The notes beneath the pieces were generated by a model, which was given only the letters and a program-made list of their open reading frames with translations, ran no database searches and was not told where the DNA came from. The position numbers and the translations under genes are program-made. A DNA stretch of 64,000 nt from Proteobacteria bacterium UBA981. Its GTDB lineage: Bacteria; Pseudomonadota; Gammaproteobacteria; Ga0077536. Within the stretch, counting starts at the first letter, position 1. The number at the start of each line of letters is the position of its first letter. The stretch is from positions 497,089 to 561,088 of the forward strand of contig DBBP01000008.1 in NCBI GenBank assembly GCA_002292285.1, read 5' to 3'. Positions 63,208-64,000 of this stretch are shown in pieces.

Positions 63208-64000
63208 TTACCCGCGAGCTGCGGCAGGTTGCTCTGCCAGTTCCAGGAGGCAATCGTCCGCCAATGGCTCCAGTGGTGTGAAATCACGATGCGCGATCCA
63301 TTCCGCGCGCTTAAATCGGCGAATGTGATTGTCGACGTGGCACAGGCTGAGATACACGATAGTGCGGTCATACGGCGACATGTTGGATGGACTGCCGTGG
63401 ACTAGATTCGAATGAAACAAAATGACCGACCCTGCCGGCCCTTTCGGTGACACGATGCCGCCATCCTTAACAAGCCTGGAAATCGTGTCGTCATCGATCG
63501 TCCAAAGCGGATAGCTGGTGGTCTTAACATCATGACCAGCAGCCAACGTACCCTCCTTGTGACTACGCGGAATGAACATCAGCGCGCCATTAAATTCGGT
63601 CACGTCTTCGAGAAACAAGGCAATGTTCATGGCGCGCGCCTCGGGCATCAAGTCGTCACGTGCCCAGGTGCCGTAGTCCTGATGCCATTGCCAGATAGCG
63701 CCATTGAACGCCGCTTTCGCATTAATCTTGAACTGGTGCATGTAAACGTTGCCGTCCAGTAATTGCATGACCGGCCCGAGCAGGCGCGGGTGCCGGCCAA
63801 GGCGGCGGTAGGCCTCGTTATAGTTTTGCGCGGCGAATGCCGTACGCGCAGTTTTTTCATCCATTTCGCGCACGACCTCGGGGCGCTCTGTGGCGAAAAT
63901 CTGATGCGCCTCATCACGCAACAGCGCGACTTCAGTGGCAGAAAAAACATCTGGCAGATAGACGTAGCCAAGTTCATCGAACTGACTTTGTTGTTGTTCA
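63208..64000 (-). CDS. Phytanoyl-CoA dioxygenase (PhyH) family Fe(II)/2OG oxygenase; 5' end lies outside the window
   Basis: The reading frame stays open to base 64000 (EQQQSQFDELGYVYLPDVFSATEVALLRDEAHQIF..., a typical PhyH N-terminus), so the TTG start in the track is probably internal. It has the WQWHQDYG HxD motif and HGSPSN. Confidence 0.8.
   Translation of the reverse strand, partial: EQQQSQFDELGYVYLPDVFSATEVALLRDEAHQIFATERPEVVREMDEKTARTAFAAQNYNEAYRRLGRHPRLLGPVMQLLDGNVYMHQFKINAKAAFNGAIWQWHQDYGTWARDDLMPEARAMNIALFLEDVTEFNGALMFIPRSHKEGTLAAGHDVKTTSYPLWTIDDDTISRLVKDGGIVSPKGPAGSVILFHSNLVHGSPSNMSPYDRTIVYLSLCHVDNHIRRFKRAEWIAHRDFTPLEPLADDCLLELAEQPAAARG

Noticed and set aside
1-64000. Mobile elements, prophage, integron or defence-island signatures
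   Set aside because: No transposase, integrase, recombinase, restriction-modification, Cas, toxin-antitoxin-sized gene pair or tRNA integration site could be recognised in any frame. Composition is largely uniform, apart from the short AT-rich tracts noted above.

Overview
This is a 64-kb, GC-rich (high-50s % by eye), gene-dense segment with about 57 protein-coding genes on both strands. I see no rRNA or tRNA genes, no CRISPR array, and no transposase, integrase or phage genes. It reads as a chromosomal catabolic neighbourhood of a proteobacterium; a marine gammaproteobacterium is my guess only. Paralogous enzyme families dominate: 5 crotonase-type enoyl-CoA hydratases, 3 family-III CoA-transferase genes (one an 800-aa tandem fusion), 4 luciferase-like monooxygenases, 3 alpha/beta hydrolases, 3 Fe(II)/2-oxoglutarate oxygenases (TauD, PiuC/YbiX, PhyH types), 2 amidohydrolases, 2 MBL-fold hydrolases and 2 DUF35 proteins. 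Single copies include an acyl-CoA dehydrogenase, a CitE-like lyase, an SDR, a Rieske ferredoxin, a nitronate monooxygenase and a PQQ alcohol dehydrogenase with a lanthanide-type signature. No classical DNA-binding regulator is visible. Stand-out items: (1) At 51480-54475, a Slam/DUF560-like TPR plus beta-barrel outer-membrane protein is followed directly by a secreted, non-lipoprotein FecR-domain protein. Its C-terminus resembles the TbpB/fHbp-type barrel recognised by type 11 secretion, so this is my best candidate for an uncharacterised secretion system/cargo pair. (2) A class III nucleotide cyclase-AAA(STAND)-TPR gene of about 1120 aa is split by a 1-nt frameshift near 25204-25221. (3) A 147-bp tandem repeat (about 2.4 copies) fills a convergent intergenic gap at 42350-42697. 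(4) At 60551-60725, a 15-nt perfect complement of the 16S rRNA 3' tail precedes a 23-codon ORF and a textbook intrinsic terminator. (5) An isolated FrhB-like / pyruvyl-transferase / flippase-like operon lies at 12844-16181. (6) A rifampin-phosphotransferase-like PEP-utilising enzyme lies at 8589-11312. All functional calls come from motifs read by eye in the translated ORFs; no database search was possible.
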